A stretch of DNA of 60,451 bases from contig JAQWOB010000011.1 of assembly GCA_029246085.1 (NCBI GenBank), positions 1 to 60,451 of the forward strand, read 5' to 3'. Every line of letters starts with the position of its first letter. Position 1 is the first letter of the stretch. Below are positions 1 through 9,467 of this stretch, one piece after another. The DNA is from Gammaproteobacteria bacterium. Its GTDB lineage: Bacteria; Pseudomonadota; Gammaproteobacteria; GCA-002705445; GCA-002716945. Both the position numbers and the translations under genes were made by a program. Under the pieces are notes generated by a model. The model did no database searches, had not been told where the DNA came from, and worked only from the letters and a program-made list of their open reading frames with translations.

Positions 1-1
1 T

Positions 2-151
2 GGTGCTACCACCGAATTAAATTTAATTTGGTTAATTGCAGATATCATGAATGGTCTAATGGCTTTACCAAACCTGATTGCTCTTATACTACTGAGTCCA
101 ATTATTTTTACTACAACCAAAGAGTACTTGAGAAATAATGAAGATCGATAA
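2..151 (+). CDS. C-terminal fragment of a sodium:alanine (AGCS family) symporter; 5' end lies outside the window
   Basis: Frame is open from the window edge to TAA at 149-151. The translation ...[26 protein letters not shown]... resembles the conserved last TM region of AGCS transporters. It overlaps the nadC start by 14 nt. Confidence 0.55.
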   Translation, partial: GATTELNLIWLIADIMNGLMALPNLIALILLSPIIFTTTKEYLRNNEDR

Positions 152-968
152 AGTAGATAAAAAATTACTAGAAAAACATATTAGCTCTGCCCTAAAAGAA
201 GACTATTTTAATAATGATGTTACTTCATCACTATTATTAAATACAAAAAAATGTACAGCAAAATTAATCTTCAAAGAACAAGGTATTCTCTGTGGGAAAC
301 AATGGGTAAATGAAGTATTCAAAAAAGTAGATTCAAAGATTAAAATAAAGTGGCATTTTAATGATGGAGATTCTGTTAATAAAGGAGAAGCTGCAGCAAC
401 TATTTCTGGGAGTATTACATCTATATTGATAGGCGAAAGAGTAGCTTTGAATTTCCTACAAACACTGTCAGGCGTTTCTAATTCAGTTAATAAATATCAA
501 GCTAAAATTTCAAATAAAAATATTCAACTATTATATACAAGAAAAGTTTTACCAGGATGGCGATATGCAATTAATTATGCTTGTCAGATAATGGGTTGCT
601 TCGCTCATAGAAAGAATCTTTCTGAGTCTGTATTAATTAAAGAAAATCATCTTAAGATCATTGATGACCTAGAAGATTTTGTAAGAAGAGCTAAAAAGCT
701 TAGAAAACCTATTATTGCTGAGGCAAAAACATCTCATGAGGCAAGTGTTTTAGAAAACTTAGATATAGATCGCATACTCTTGGATAATTTTTCCATAGCT
801 AATCTAAAGAAAGCATTAGCTACGATTAAAAAGACTCCTATAGAGGTTTCAGGAAATATTAGCCTTGTGAATATTAATAAATATGCCATGAAAGGGGTTT
901 CTTTTATCTCCATAGGGTCTATAACAAAAAATATTGATGTTATTGATATATCATTACTCATACAGTGA
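138..968 (+). CDS. nadC: Nicotinate-nucleotide pyrophosphorylase (quinolinate phosphoribosyltransferase)
   Basis: 276 aa with the family signatures [24 protein letters not shown] and LIKENH. Confidence 0.9.
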   Translation: MKIDKVDKKLLEKHISSALKEDYFNNDVTSSLLLNTKKCTAKLIFKEQGILCGKQWVNEVFKKVDSKIKIKWHFNDGDSVNKGEAAATISGSITSILIGERVALNFLQTLSGVSNSVNKYQAKISNKNIQLLYTRKVLPGWRYAINYACQIMGCFAHRKNLSESVLIKENHLKIIDDLEDFVRRAKKLRKPIIAEAKTSHEASVLENLDIDRILLDNFSIANLKKALATIKKTPIEVSGNISLVNINKYAMKGVSFISIGSITKNIDVIDISLLIQ

Positions 969-1005
969 TTATGGTTAAACGTTAAGATTCTATATATAAT
1001 ATGGT

Positions 1006-1539
1006 ATGACTGAACCAACAAAGAAATATAATCAAAAAAACCATCTCATCATAATTTTTGTGAGTATTTTTGTGTTTTGGTTTATATTGTCAGGATTGAT
1101 AGCACCCTTCATGTTGTTTTTAGGTTTGGTTTCAACAGCTTTTGTGATCTATATAATGAATAGAATGGACTTGATTGATGAGGAAATTAGTTTTCATGAC
1201 TTTAGTGCTAAAGGCTTATTACTCTATATTCCATGGTTGTTTAAAGAAATTATAATTTCAAATATAAAAGTTTGTTTATATATAGTTATCCCGAATAGAA
1301 AAATTAATCCTCAAATTATTAAAATTAAATCATCTCAAATATCTGACCTAGGGCATGTTCTTTATGCTAACTCAATAACTCTAACTCCAGGAACAGTCAC
1401 AATTGATGTCGATAGAGATACATTTACAGTGCATACTCTGGATGATCAGTTCAAAGAGTCTCTGGAATCAAATGAAATGGGTAAAAAAATAAGATCTACA
1501 GAAAAAAACTATCTGCCAAGCGAGGGAAAAGATGTCTGA
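1006..1539 (+). CDS. mnhE: Mrp/Mnh antiporter subunit E
   Basis: 177 aa with two N-terminal TM helices and the MnhE-like motif ANSITLTPGTVTIDV. It is the first gene of a tightly overlapping mnh cluster. Confidence 0.8.
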   Translation: MTEPTKKYNQKNHLIIIFVSIFVFWFILSGLIAPFMLFLGLVSTAFVIYIMNRMDLIDEEISFHDFSAKGLLLYIPWLFKEIIISNIKVCLYIVIPNRKINPQIIKIKSSQISDLGHVLYANSITLTPGTVTIDVDRDTFTVHTLDDQFKESLESNEMGKKIRSTEKNYLPSEGKDV

Positions 1540-1798
1540 AATTAGTATATTAGCTATTCTTATATTATCTCTTGCTCTTGTCATTTCTATTTTTAGATTT
1601 ATTACGGCAAATGAGATTTATACAAAAATATTAACAGTCAACCTAATTGGAACTAAAATTGTTCTTCTTATCCTATTAGTCGGCACAGTTTCTATTGAGA
1701 AAGACTTTACTGATATTGCTATGGTGTATGCGCTAATTAATTTCATCTCTACTATAGTTATACTAAAATATTATGAAGATAAGGAAGTATCTAAGTGA
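1532..1798 (+). CDS. mnhF: Mrp/Mnh antiporter subunit F
   Basis: 88 aa, 3 TM helices. Position and size between the E and G subunits fit. It overlaps mnhE by 8 nt. Confidence 0.7.
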   Translation: MSEISILAILILSLALVISIFRFITANEIYTKILTVNLIGTKIVLLILLVGTVSIEKDFTDIAMVYALINFISTIVILKYYEDKEVSK

Positions 1799-2088
1799 GT
1801 ATAATAATTAGTATTTTATTAATAGTCGGAGTTATAGTAGCGTTAATAGGTACTATAGGTTGCTTTAGATTTGATAATTTTCTTGCCAGAACCCATGCAG
1901 CTTCAGTTGTAGATACATTTGCAACTTTACTGATAATATTAGGGCTAATGTTTCATTATGGATTCTCATTGTTTAGCTTAAAATTATTACTGATATTGGT
2001 ATTCTTATATATAACTGGCAGCACAGCTATTCATGCTTTAACTCAAGCATTTTTAAAACACTCTAAGACCAGTGGGGAAATAAAATAA
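1795..2088 (+). CDS. mnhG: Mrp/Mnh antiporter subunit G
   Basis: 97 aa with the MnhG-like motif GTIGCFRFDNFLARTHAAS. It has an ATGA-type 4-nt overlap with mnhF. Confidence 0.8.
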   Translation: MSIIISILLIVGVIVALIGTIGCFRFDNFLARTHAASVVDTFATLLIILGLMFHYGFSLFSLKLLLILVFLYITGSTAIHALTQAFLKHSKTSGEIK

Positions 2089-2105
2089 TTATTATATTCT
2101 TATAC

Positions 2106-2615
2106 TTGCTACTAACAATTCTCATAGCTATTGCTATCTACATAATGTTTGTTAAAAATTTATTTTCAGCAATTATGGCAACAACTATTTTCAGTCTTAT
2201 ATCTGCTCTTATTTTTTTATTATTAGACGGCGTAGATGTTTCTTTAACAGAAGCTGCTGTTGGTGCTGGAATATCTACGATTTTATTTTTAAGCACTTTG
2301 AAGCATACGGATGTTATGGTAAAGAAATCTAGAACCCCCTCTTTTCCATTAATAGTATTATTTTTATTACTGCTAGGTTTACTAAGTTTCGCAGTATCTG
2401 ATTTACCAGAATTTGGTAAATTTAACCAAACATCAAATTCACAAGTTAGTGAATATTATATTAATAAATCTAAAACAGAGATGGGTGTTCCTAATGTTGT
2501 AACATCTATTTTAGCTGGCTATAGAGGGTTTGATACACTTGGGGAAGTTGTTGTAATATTTATTGCTGGGATATCAGTCTTAGGAATATTAAGAAAAAGA
2601 AAGAGTAATTCATGA
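2106..2615 (+). CDS. DUF4040 / MrpA-C-terminal-like membrane subunit (equivalent to MbhD/MbhE)
   Basis: 169 aa. DVSLTEAAVGAGISTILFL matches the DUF4040 signature. The C-terminal YRGFDTLGEVVVIFIAG is MnhB-domain-like. The track start is TTG, so the true start is uncertain. Confidence 0.7.
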   Translation: MLLTILIAIAIYIMFVKNLFSAIMATTIFSLISALIFLLLDGVDVSLTEAAVGAGISTILFLSTLKHTDVMVKKSRTPSFPLIVLFLLLLGLLSFAVSDLPEFGKFNQTSNSQVSEYYINKSKTEMGVPNVVTSILAGYRGFDTLGEVVVIFIAGISVLGILRKRKSNS

Positions 2616-3034
2616 GACATCATACAATTCCCAGAATAGTCACTAAACTACTGATTCCTGTAATTTTATTATTTGGTTTATATGTACAATTCCATGGCGA
2701 CTTCTCAGCAGGCGGAGGATTTCAAGCAGGGGTAATATTTGCAGCAGGTTTTATTTTATATAATATTATTTTTGGATTAGATATTGGCAAATCAATCCTA
2801 AGTGTTAATACTTCAAAATCTTTAATGGCTTTAGGTGTCATTTTATATCTTATGGTTGGCTTCTTAGGTATCTTGCTTGGTGGTAATTTTTTAGAGTATA
2901 ACTATTTGTCAAATACACCAATAAATGGTCAGCTTCTAGGTATATTCCTGGTTGAACTAGGAGTAGGTTTAACTGTCAGCAATGTAATGGTTTTGGTATT
3001 TTATTCATTTAATGATATTAGCGAGGAAAAATAA
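2612..3034 (+). CDS. mnhB: Mrp/Mnh antiporter subunit B
   Basis: 140 aa with the MnhB-domain signature HGDFSAGGGFQAGVIFAAG. It overlaps the upstream gene by 4 nt. Confidence 0.8.
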   Translation: MRHHTIPRIVTKLLIPVILLFGLYVQFHGDFSAGGGFQAGVIFAAGFILYNIIFGLDIGKSILSVNTSKSLMALGVILYLMVGFLGILLGGNFLEYNYLSNTPINGQLLGIFLVELGVGLTVSNVMVLVFYSFNDISEEK

Positions 3035-3357
3035 TGCTATTCGTACTTAATATGATTTTATTTCTTCTAGGTTTATTTATAATAATCCGAGAATCAAATT
3101 TAATTAAAAAGGTGATTGGTTTAAATATATTTCAGTCTTCAGTATTTATCTTTTACTTAATTATAAGTAAAGTTGATGGCGGAGTCCCTCCAATTCTAAA
3201 TGACGATCAATTAATCTACTCTAATCCTTTGCCTCATGTCTTAATCCTTACAGCAATTGTTGTTGGTATTGCGACAACAAGCCTTGCTCTTGCTTTAATC
3301 ATTAAGGTTAAACAAAAGTATAATTCAATAGAAGAACATGAACTGGATAAGATATAA
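3034..3357 (+). CDS. mnhC: Mrp/Mnh antiporter subunit C (NuoK-like)
   Basis: 107 aa, 3 TM helices, with PLPHVLILTAIVVGIATTSLALALI typical of MnhC/NuoK. Confidence 0.85.
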   Translation: MLFVLNMILFLLGLFIIIRESNLIKKVIGLNIFQSSVFIFYLIISKVDGGVPPILNDDQLIYSNPLPHVLILTAIVVGIATTSLALALIIKVKQKYNSIEEHELDKI

Positions 3358-3360
3358 AAA

Positions 3361-4833
3361 ATGAACCAGTTACCAGTATTAATTATAGTATTACCTCTAT
3401 TAATTGCCCCAATACTATTACTTGTCAGAGATAACAGGCATGTCTATAATTTAAGCCTAGGCGTATCTTTCTTAAATATTTTGCTGATACTAATACTGTT
3501 CCAAGATGTTTATCAGAATGGAAATATACTATATGAACTTGGCTCATGGAAAGCACCTATTGGTATTAGATTAAACGCTGATTTACTATCATGTTACTTT
3601 CTTTTGCTTATCAATTTTATGGCTTTCATATGTTTGATAGCTGGAAATAAGACCATAAAATCACAAGTAGAAGACGATAATATACATTTATTTTATATTG
3701 CTTGGCTACTTTGCAATGTTGGATTTTCAGGTATCGTTCTCACAAATGATATATTTAACTTATTTGTTTTTTTAGAAATTTCTTCACTTGCTAGTTATTT
3801 TCTTATATCCCAAGGTAATTATAAAGCTTCCAGTCTTGCAGCTATACAGTATTTATTTATTGGAAGCATTGGTGCGGTATTTATATTATTTGCAATCGGC
3901 ATTTTATATGTAAATACAGGCACTCTGAATATGACGGATCTATCAAACAAGATAGGGAGTGGCAGTATCTCGCTTTCTATGTCTCTTTCCATAGCTATGT
4001 TTCTCATAGGCGTGGGCATTAAAACAGCTCTATTCCCACTGCATGGTTGGCTAATAAGAACATATTCGTATGCCCCATCTATAATAGTTTCATACTTTTC
4101 AGGGACATCTACTAAAATAGGTATCTATATTTTACTTAGAGTATTTTTAGATATATTCAACTCAATAAATCCATTAGAGTATTATAATCTTGCCCAGCTC
4201 ATTTTATTTTTATCACTCATAGGGGTTTTATTATCAACTTTATATGCTATCAAACAAAATGAAATTAAAAAAATGCTAGCCTATTCAAGTGTTGCTCAAT
4301 TAAGCTATATAATCATAGCAATAATGCTATTAACCCCAGATGGATTAACAGCATCTCTCATACATGTATTTAATCACTCAATCATCAAAACTGGGTTATT
4401 TTTAGTGGTTACTATTTTATTTATAAATAATAAAAACGTGAGTATAGATGACTTCTCAGGACTAGGAGAGAAATATCCATTACTCATGTCAGCTTTCGTA
4501 ATATTATTGCTTGGTTTAATAGGGTTACCGTTAACATCTGGATTCATAAGCAAATGGTATTTAATTTCAGCAATACTCCAATCTGATTATTGGTATACTA
4601 GTGGCGTTATACTGATCACCTCTTTCATGACATTCTTTTATGCTTGGCTATTAATTGAAAAGATTTATTTTTCTGCGAGGCTCAATCATGATGCTTCAGT
4701 AGCAACAAGTTATCAATTGCTATGTGTTTACTTTCTAGCTGCTTTAACGATATATCTTGGTGTTGATACATCATTAACTTTTGGCATTTCCGAACAAATA
4801 TCAAATAATTTTTATAGTACTATAAATCAATGA
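3361..4833 (+). CDS. Antiporter-like subunit 1 (MrpD/NuoN/NuoM family)
   Basis: 490 aa polytopic protein. TM5-like Glu (VFLEISSLASY), TM7-like Lys (GIKTALFPLHGW) and SGTSTKIGIY are present. The usual WLPDAY..APTPVSA motif is divergent (WLIRTYSYAPSIIVS). Confidence 0.85.
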   Translation: MNQLPVLIIVLPLLIAPILLLVRDNRHVYNLSLGVSFLNILLILILFQDVYQNGNILYELGSWKAPIGIRLNADLLSCYFLLLINFMAFICLIAGNKTIKSQVEDDNIHLFYIAWLLCNVGFSGIVLTNDIFNLFVFLEISSLASYFLISQGNYKASSLAAIQYLFIGSIGAVFILFAIGILYVNTGTLNMTDLSNKIGSGSISLSMSLSIAMFLIGVGIKTALFPLHGWLIRTYSYAPSIIVSYFSGTSTKIGIYILLRVFLDIFNSINPLEYYNLAQLILFLSLIGVLLSTLYAIKQNEIKKMLAYSSVAQLSYIIIAIMLLTPDGLTASLIHVFNHSIIKTGLFLVVTILFINNKNVSIDDFSGLGEKYPLLMSAFVILLLGLIGLPLTSGFISKWYLISAILQSDYWYTSGVILITSFMTFFYAWLLIEKIYFSARLNHDASVATSYQLLCVYFLAALTIYLGVDTSLTFGISEQISNNFYSTINQ

Positions 4834-6269
4834 GTATTTTATTATCACATATTCTGTTTCTAGCTCTTAGTATAGTGATTATTTATCTGCTTAGAAAAGA
4901 AGCCTTTACCGGTATGGTTTCTATATTTATAAGTCTCGCATCTCTTGTATATGCTTTGTATATAATTAGCATACAAGATATCTTGATTAATCAAAAAACT
5001 GATATATTTAATATTATTCCAGGAATCCCATTATCATTTAGCTTAGATTATTTAGGTGTAATCTTTCTAGTTATCTCAAATGGACTATGGCTCATGGTAT
5101 CTATTTTTTCAGAAAGATATCTAGAATTAAATAAGTACCAAAACAAACCAAAATTTTATATATTTTTTACACTATCAATGCTAGCTACCAATGGGATTAT
5201 CTATTCATCTAATTTATTAACTACTTTTGTTTTTTATGAAATATTGACAATTGCTACATATCCACTTGTAACATTCAAAGGTGACAAAAAATCAATTATA
5301 AATGGTAAGAAATATTTATACTATTTACTCGGAACATCTATAATATTTTTCTTGCCAGCAATAATATTCACCTATATATTGACTGGGACTTTAGACTATA
5401 AAGTTGGCGGTATATTCACTAGTTATAATAATACTGCCATATACATTCTTATTATTTTATATTTATTTGGAATTGCCAAATCTGCAGTCATGCCATTTCA
5501 TAAATGGTTACCATCTGCAATGGTTGCACCAACACCAGTGAGCGCACTACTTCATGCTGTGGCTGTAGTTAAATCTGGAGTATTCATAATGTTAAAGGTT
5601 TTTTTATTCATATTTGGAGTAGATGTATTGACGCAGAGTGGCGCAAATATAATTATTATACTCTTTGCATCGTTTACGATTATATCATCATCCTTTATCG
5701 CTCTAAACCAAGATAATATTAAATTACGCTTAGCATATTCAACTATTGGCCAATTATCATATATAGTTTTAGCTACGGCAATTCTGGCGCCATATTCTAT
5801 TTTAGCTGCTGTTCTTCATTTAATATTTCATGCTTTAGGAAAAATAATGCTATTCCTTTCTGCCGGTATTATTGCAACACAGACAGGCATTAAAAATGTT
5901 AGTGAAATGAATAACCTTTCTTCAAAATTACCCATTACCTGTCTACTGATGACTATCGGTGCAATTATCATGATTGGTTTACCTCCAACAATTGGATTTA
6001 TTAGCAAGTGGTATTTATTACTTGGTATTATGGAATCAGAAAATTTATACTTACTTATTATAATCATCTTGAGTACATTGCTTAATGCAAGTTATTATTT
6101 TCCGATGATTTATAAATCATATTTTGAAAAAGCAAAATTTGACTACAAAAGTCCTAGCTGTGAAGATATGCCTCTAGCCTTTCCGGTGATTATTGTTGGA
6201 TTTATAGCAGTAATTCTTTTTTTCAAAACTGATTTTATTATAAAATTTATTACAGAGAATATTATTTAA
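4830..6269 (+). CDS. Antiporter-like subunit 2 (MrpD/NuoM family)
   Basis: 479 aa with the canonical AKSAVMPFHKWLPSAMVAPTPVSALLHAVAVVKSG. It overlaps subunit 1 by 4 nt. Confidence 0.88.
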   Translation: MSILLSHILFLALSIVIIYLLRKEAFTGMVSIFISLASLVYALYIISIQDILINQKTDIFNIIPGIPLSFSLDYLGVIFLVISNGLWLMVSIFSERYLELNKYQNKPKFYIFFTLSMLATNGIIYSSNLLTTFVFYEILTIATYPLVTFKGDKKSIINGKKYLYYLLGTSIIFFLPAIIFTYILTGTLDYKVGGIFTSYNNTAIYILIILYLFGIAKSAVMPFHKWLPSAMVAPTPVSALLHAVAVVKSGVFIMLKVFLFIFGVDVLTQSGANIIIILFASFTIISSSFIALNQDNIKLRLAYSTIGQLSYIVLATAILAPYSILAAVLHLIFHALGKIMLFLSAGIIATQTGIKNVSEMNNLSSKLPITCLLMTIGAIIMIGLPPTIGFISKWYLLLGIMESENLYLLIIIILSTLLNASYYFPMIYKSYFEKAKFDYKSPSCEDMPLAFPVIIVGFIAVILFFKTDFIIKFITENII

Positions 6270-6270
6270 T

Positions 6271-6486
6271 ATGAATGATAGAAATAAAATAATTTATACG
6301 CTTATTTTACTGATAAATATAACTCCATATTTATATGTATTCTATAATTTTAAGAAAATTAATTTTAATATAGATGGTATAATTGGTTTCTACCCTATTT
6401 TTGGATTCTTAGCATGTATCAGCTTAATTATTATTGCAAAAATTCTAGCTGTTGTGCTAAAGAAAGGAGATACTTATTATGATTAG
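6271..6486 (+). CDS. Small two-TM membrane protein of the mrp-like cluster
   Basis: 71-aa ORF fitted exactly between two antiporter-like genes, 1 nt after one and overlapping the next by 8 nt. It is hydrophobic. No family was recognised. Confidence 0.45.
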   Translation: MNDRNKIIYTLILLINITPYLYVFYNFKKINFNIDGIIGFYPIFGFLACISLIIIAKILAVVLKKGDTYYD

Positions 6487-8146
6487 TAGTCTTATCAGTC
6501 ATCCAGCCTTTCCATTAGCTATAGGTTCTTTATTTATTTTTATCTTTAAAGAGAAAGCGAATCTAATATCAATCGGATCTATTTTAATATCATTATTTGT
6601 ACTTTTATTTATTACAGATAATATAGATTATGTATATAAGAGTGGTCTTGCTTCTCTTAATTATTTTTCATATTCAAAACTTGCATATCTTTTCTGTTTG
6701 GTTTTTCTAATCATGGGATTAATTGGTAAATTATTTTCAATTTATAGAGATAGTTATAAGGAAAAAGCAATGGTATTAATCTATATATCCTCAGCTATCT
6801 TTGTACTATTTTCTGGTGACTTTTTAACACTCTATATCTTCTGGGAAATTATGGCTATTGCATCTACTATGGTTATTTGGTCATCTAATTCAGATAAATC
6901 TCTATCTGCAGGCAATAGATATCTTCTAATGCATCTCTTGGGAGGCCTAATTTTATTACTTGGAATTATAGGGTTATATATAGATACAAATAATTTACAA
7001 ATAAGATTATTAAATTTGGATACTTGGTATAACTGGATGATTCTCGTTGGATTTTTATTGAATGCAGGTGCTCCTCCATTTTCTCAATGGATACCAGATG
7101 CATATCCAGAAGGTAGTTACTCTTCAACAGTATTTCTTTCAGCTTACACAACAAAAACTTCTGTTTTTATACTAATCGTTACTTTTGCTGGAAGCCATAT
7201 ACTAATGTTAATTGGAATATATATGATTATGTATGGAATTATCTATGCATTGCTTGAAAATGATATCAGAAGAATACTTTCATACAGCATAGTAAATCAA
7301 GTTGGCTTTATGATTGTTGGGATTGGAATAGGAACAGAGCTTTCTCTTAATGGGACAGCAGCTCATGCTTTTTCACATATTATATATAAAGGCTTACTGC
7401 TAATGTCAGCAGGAAGTGTTATTTACATGATTAATAAATATAAATGCACAGATGTTGGTGGCTTATATAAAACAATGCCTTTAACAGCAATCTGTGGGAT
7501 CATAGGTGCTTTAGCGATTTCAGCTTTTCCTTTAACATCCGGCTTTATTTCTAAATCAATGATAGTTGATGCCAGCATTCATGAAGGAATGCAGCTGGTA
7601 TGGTTAATGCTGTTAGTAGGGTCAGCCGGCGTATTTCTTCATGCAGGTATAAAATTTCCATGGTTTGTATTTTTTCATAGAGACAAAAAAATTATTACAA
7701 CAGATCCTCCAATATATATGAAATATGCGATGATTATAGCTTCAACAATATGCATTGTTATAGGAATCTGGCCACAATTGCTTTATGGTTTGCTGCCATA
7801 TCCTGTAGATTTTATTCCTTATACCGGAAACCATGTAGTTTCCCAATTGCACTTGTTATTCTTTTCGGCATTAGCATTTTTCATCAGCTTAAAATATTTA
7901 GAAAGGACTCTGACTTTGACCTTGGACATTGATTGGTTATATAGAGGCAAAATTAAATATATTAAGTTATTAACGAAATATATTTTTAGTATGATAAATA
8001 AAACTGAAAATATTTTCTCTTTTACTAGCTTGAGGAATAAATTTACTACACTAGAGGATTATCTTTTAAGGCAGACGACAATATCAGCGATGCTAATTTT
8101 AATTTTAATTATTTTTTCAGTGTCTCTTATAATGAATATTAGTTAG
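6479..8146 (+). CDS. Antiporter-like subunit 3 (MrpA/MrpD/NuoL family) with a C-terminal amphipathic helix and terminal TM
   Basis: 555 aa with WEIMAIAS (TM5 Glu), PPFSQWIPDAYPEG and SAYTTKTS. The C-terminal ~90 aa form a long charged/amphipathic stretch followed by one TM helix. Confidence 0.8.
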   Translation: MISSLISHPAFPLAIGSLFIFIFKEKANLISIGSILISLFVLLFITDNIDYVYKSGLASLNYFSYSKLAYLFCLVFLIMGLIGKLFSIYRDSYKEKAMVLIYISSAIFVLFSGDFLTLYIFWEIMAIASTMVIWSSNSDKSLSAGNRYLLMHLLGGLILLLGIIGLYIDTNNLQIRLLNLDTWYNWMILVGFLLNAGAPPFSQWIPDAYPEGSYSSTVFLSAYTTKTSVFILIVTFAGSHILMLIGIYMIMYGIIYALLENDIRRILSYSIVNQVGFMIVGIGIGTELSLNGTAAHAFSHIIYKGLLLMSAGSVIYMINKYKCTDVGGLYKTMPLTAICGIIGALAISAFPLTSGFISKSMIVDASIHEGMQLVWLMLLVGSAGVFLHAGIKFPWFVFFHRDKKIITTDPPIYMKYAMIIASTICIVIGIWPQLLYGLLPYPVDFIPYTGNHVVSQLHLLFFSALAFFISLKYLERTLTLTLDIDWLYRGKIKYIKLLTKYIFSMINKTENIFSFTSLRNKFTTLEDYLLRQTTISAMLILILIIFSVSLIMNIS

Positions 8147-9467
8147 TTCCACCGATAGTAATATTGTCTATCAATAATGAACCTGTTCTAATTCTATTTC
8201 TTAAATCAATATCATCACCAAGAGCAACAATGTTTTGGAACATTTGAGACAGATTAGAGGCCACAGTTATTTCTGTTACTGGATACTGTATTTCACCATT
8301 CTCAACTAAATATCCAAAGGCTCCTCTAGAATAATCACCAGTTAAAGTATTAGCTCCACTCCCCATCATATCTGTTATATATATGCCATTCTTTAGTGTA
8401 GAAATAATATCCGAAACTAGCGGCTCACTTGAGTTCATAGTTATGTTAGTTAAAACACCATTTCCAGTGCAATCCATTTTAAGCTTTCTGGACGAATAAG
8501 TATCTAATAAATAAGTTTTCAAAATCCCATTATCAACAATATTCTTATTTTCTGTTAAAACACCCTCAGAGTCATATGGTCGAGTTGCAGGGCCATTAAC
8601 CAACAATGGTTCTTCGCGTATATTTACAAAATCTGGGAATATTTTTTCGTTAACTTTATCTAATAGAAAACTCGATTTTTTATAAATAGCCGAGCCATTA
8701 ATAGCTGATAAAAAATTACTAATGATAGACGCAGACATTTCAGGTGAAAATAGAACAGGGCAAACTTGAGTTTTCAAAGTTCTAGCTCCAAGTCTAGACA
8801 GAACTCTTTCGGCAGCTTTTTTACCTATACTAGAACCTTCTTCTAATTTTTTAAAGTCTCTAGAAGACGAATACCAATAATCTCTTTCCATTAACTTATT
8901 TTCTTCTGCTAAAGCAATGCAAGATAAAGAATAATCTGTCGAATCATATGCACCATACGCTCCATTAGTATTTAAAATCATATGCGAGTTTTTAGAAAAT
9001 GAAAATGTTGACCCTTCAGAATTTGATATTCTTTTATCTGCTTTAAAAGCCTCTGCTTCACAATCTTTTGTCATTTCTATTACGTTTTCAACTTCTAAGT
9101 CTTTTGGGTAATATATTCCCAAGTTGTCCCATTGTTTTTCTGTAAAATTAGATTCAGGGAGACCTTGGCAATCATCAGCTTGTGTGTTTTGAGAAATATT
9201 TTCAGCTTTTTCAATGGTTTTTATAATATTTTCTGAAGATAAGTTATTCGTTGAAGCATTTCCTTTTTTAAAATTATTATAGACAGTTATATTTAAGGCC
9301 ATATCTTCATGGTATTCTATATTTTCTACTTCAGATGATCTAGATGTTACTGTATAACCATTTGATACGCTTAAATTAAACTCATGACTATACTTTTTAT
9401 TTAAATCTTTATAAATTCCTTCGAGTCTATCTTTATAGATAAGTATATTATTTCCATTAGAACTCAT
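8139..9467 (-). CDS. pmbA: Metalloprotease PmbA (TldE)
   Basis: 442 aa, PmbA/TldD fold family. It lies directly downstream of tldD with a 4-nt overlap. It ends GSLLIDNITIGG. Confidence 0.9.
   Translation of the reverse strand: MSSNGNNILIYKDRLEGIYKDLNKKYSHEFNLSVSNGYTVTSRSSEVENIEYHEDMALNITVYNNFKKGNASTNNLSSENIIKTIEKAENISQNTQADDCQGLPESNFTEKQWDNLGIYYPKDLEVENVIEMTKDCEAEAFKADKRISNSEGSTFSFSKNSHMILNTNGAYGAYDSTDYSLSCIALAEENKLMERDYWYSSSRDFKKLEEGSSIGKKAAERVLSRLGARTLKTQVCPVLFSPEMSASIISNFLSAINGSAIYKKSSFLLDKVNEKIFPDFVNIREEPLLVNGPATRPYDSEGVLTENKNIVDNGILKTYLLDTYSSRKLKMDCTGNGVLTNITMNSSEPLVSDIISTLKNGIYITDMMGSGANTLTGDYSRGAFGYLVENGEIQYPVTEITVASNLSQMFQNIVALGDDIDLRNRIRTGSLLIDNITIGGTN

Noticed and set aside
961-1010. 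Possible TATAAT box at 995-1000, which would make the mrp operon mRNA leaderless
   Set aside because: There is no convincing -35 element at proper spacing, and TATAAT-like hexamers are very frequent in this composition.
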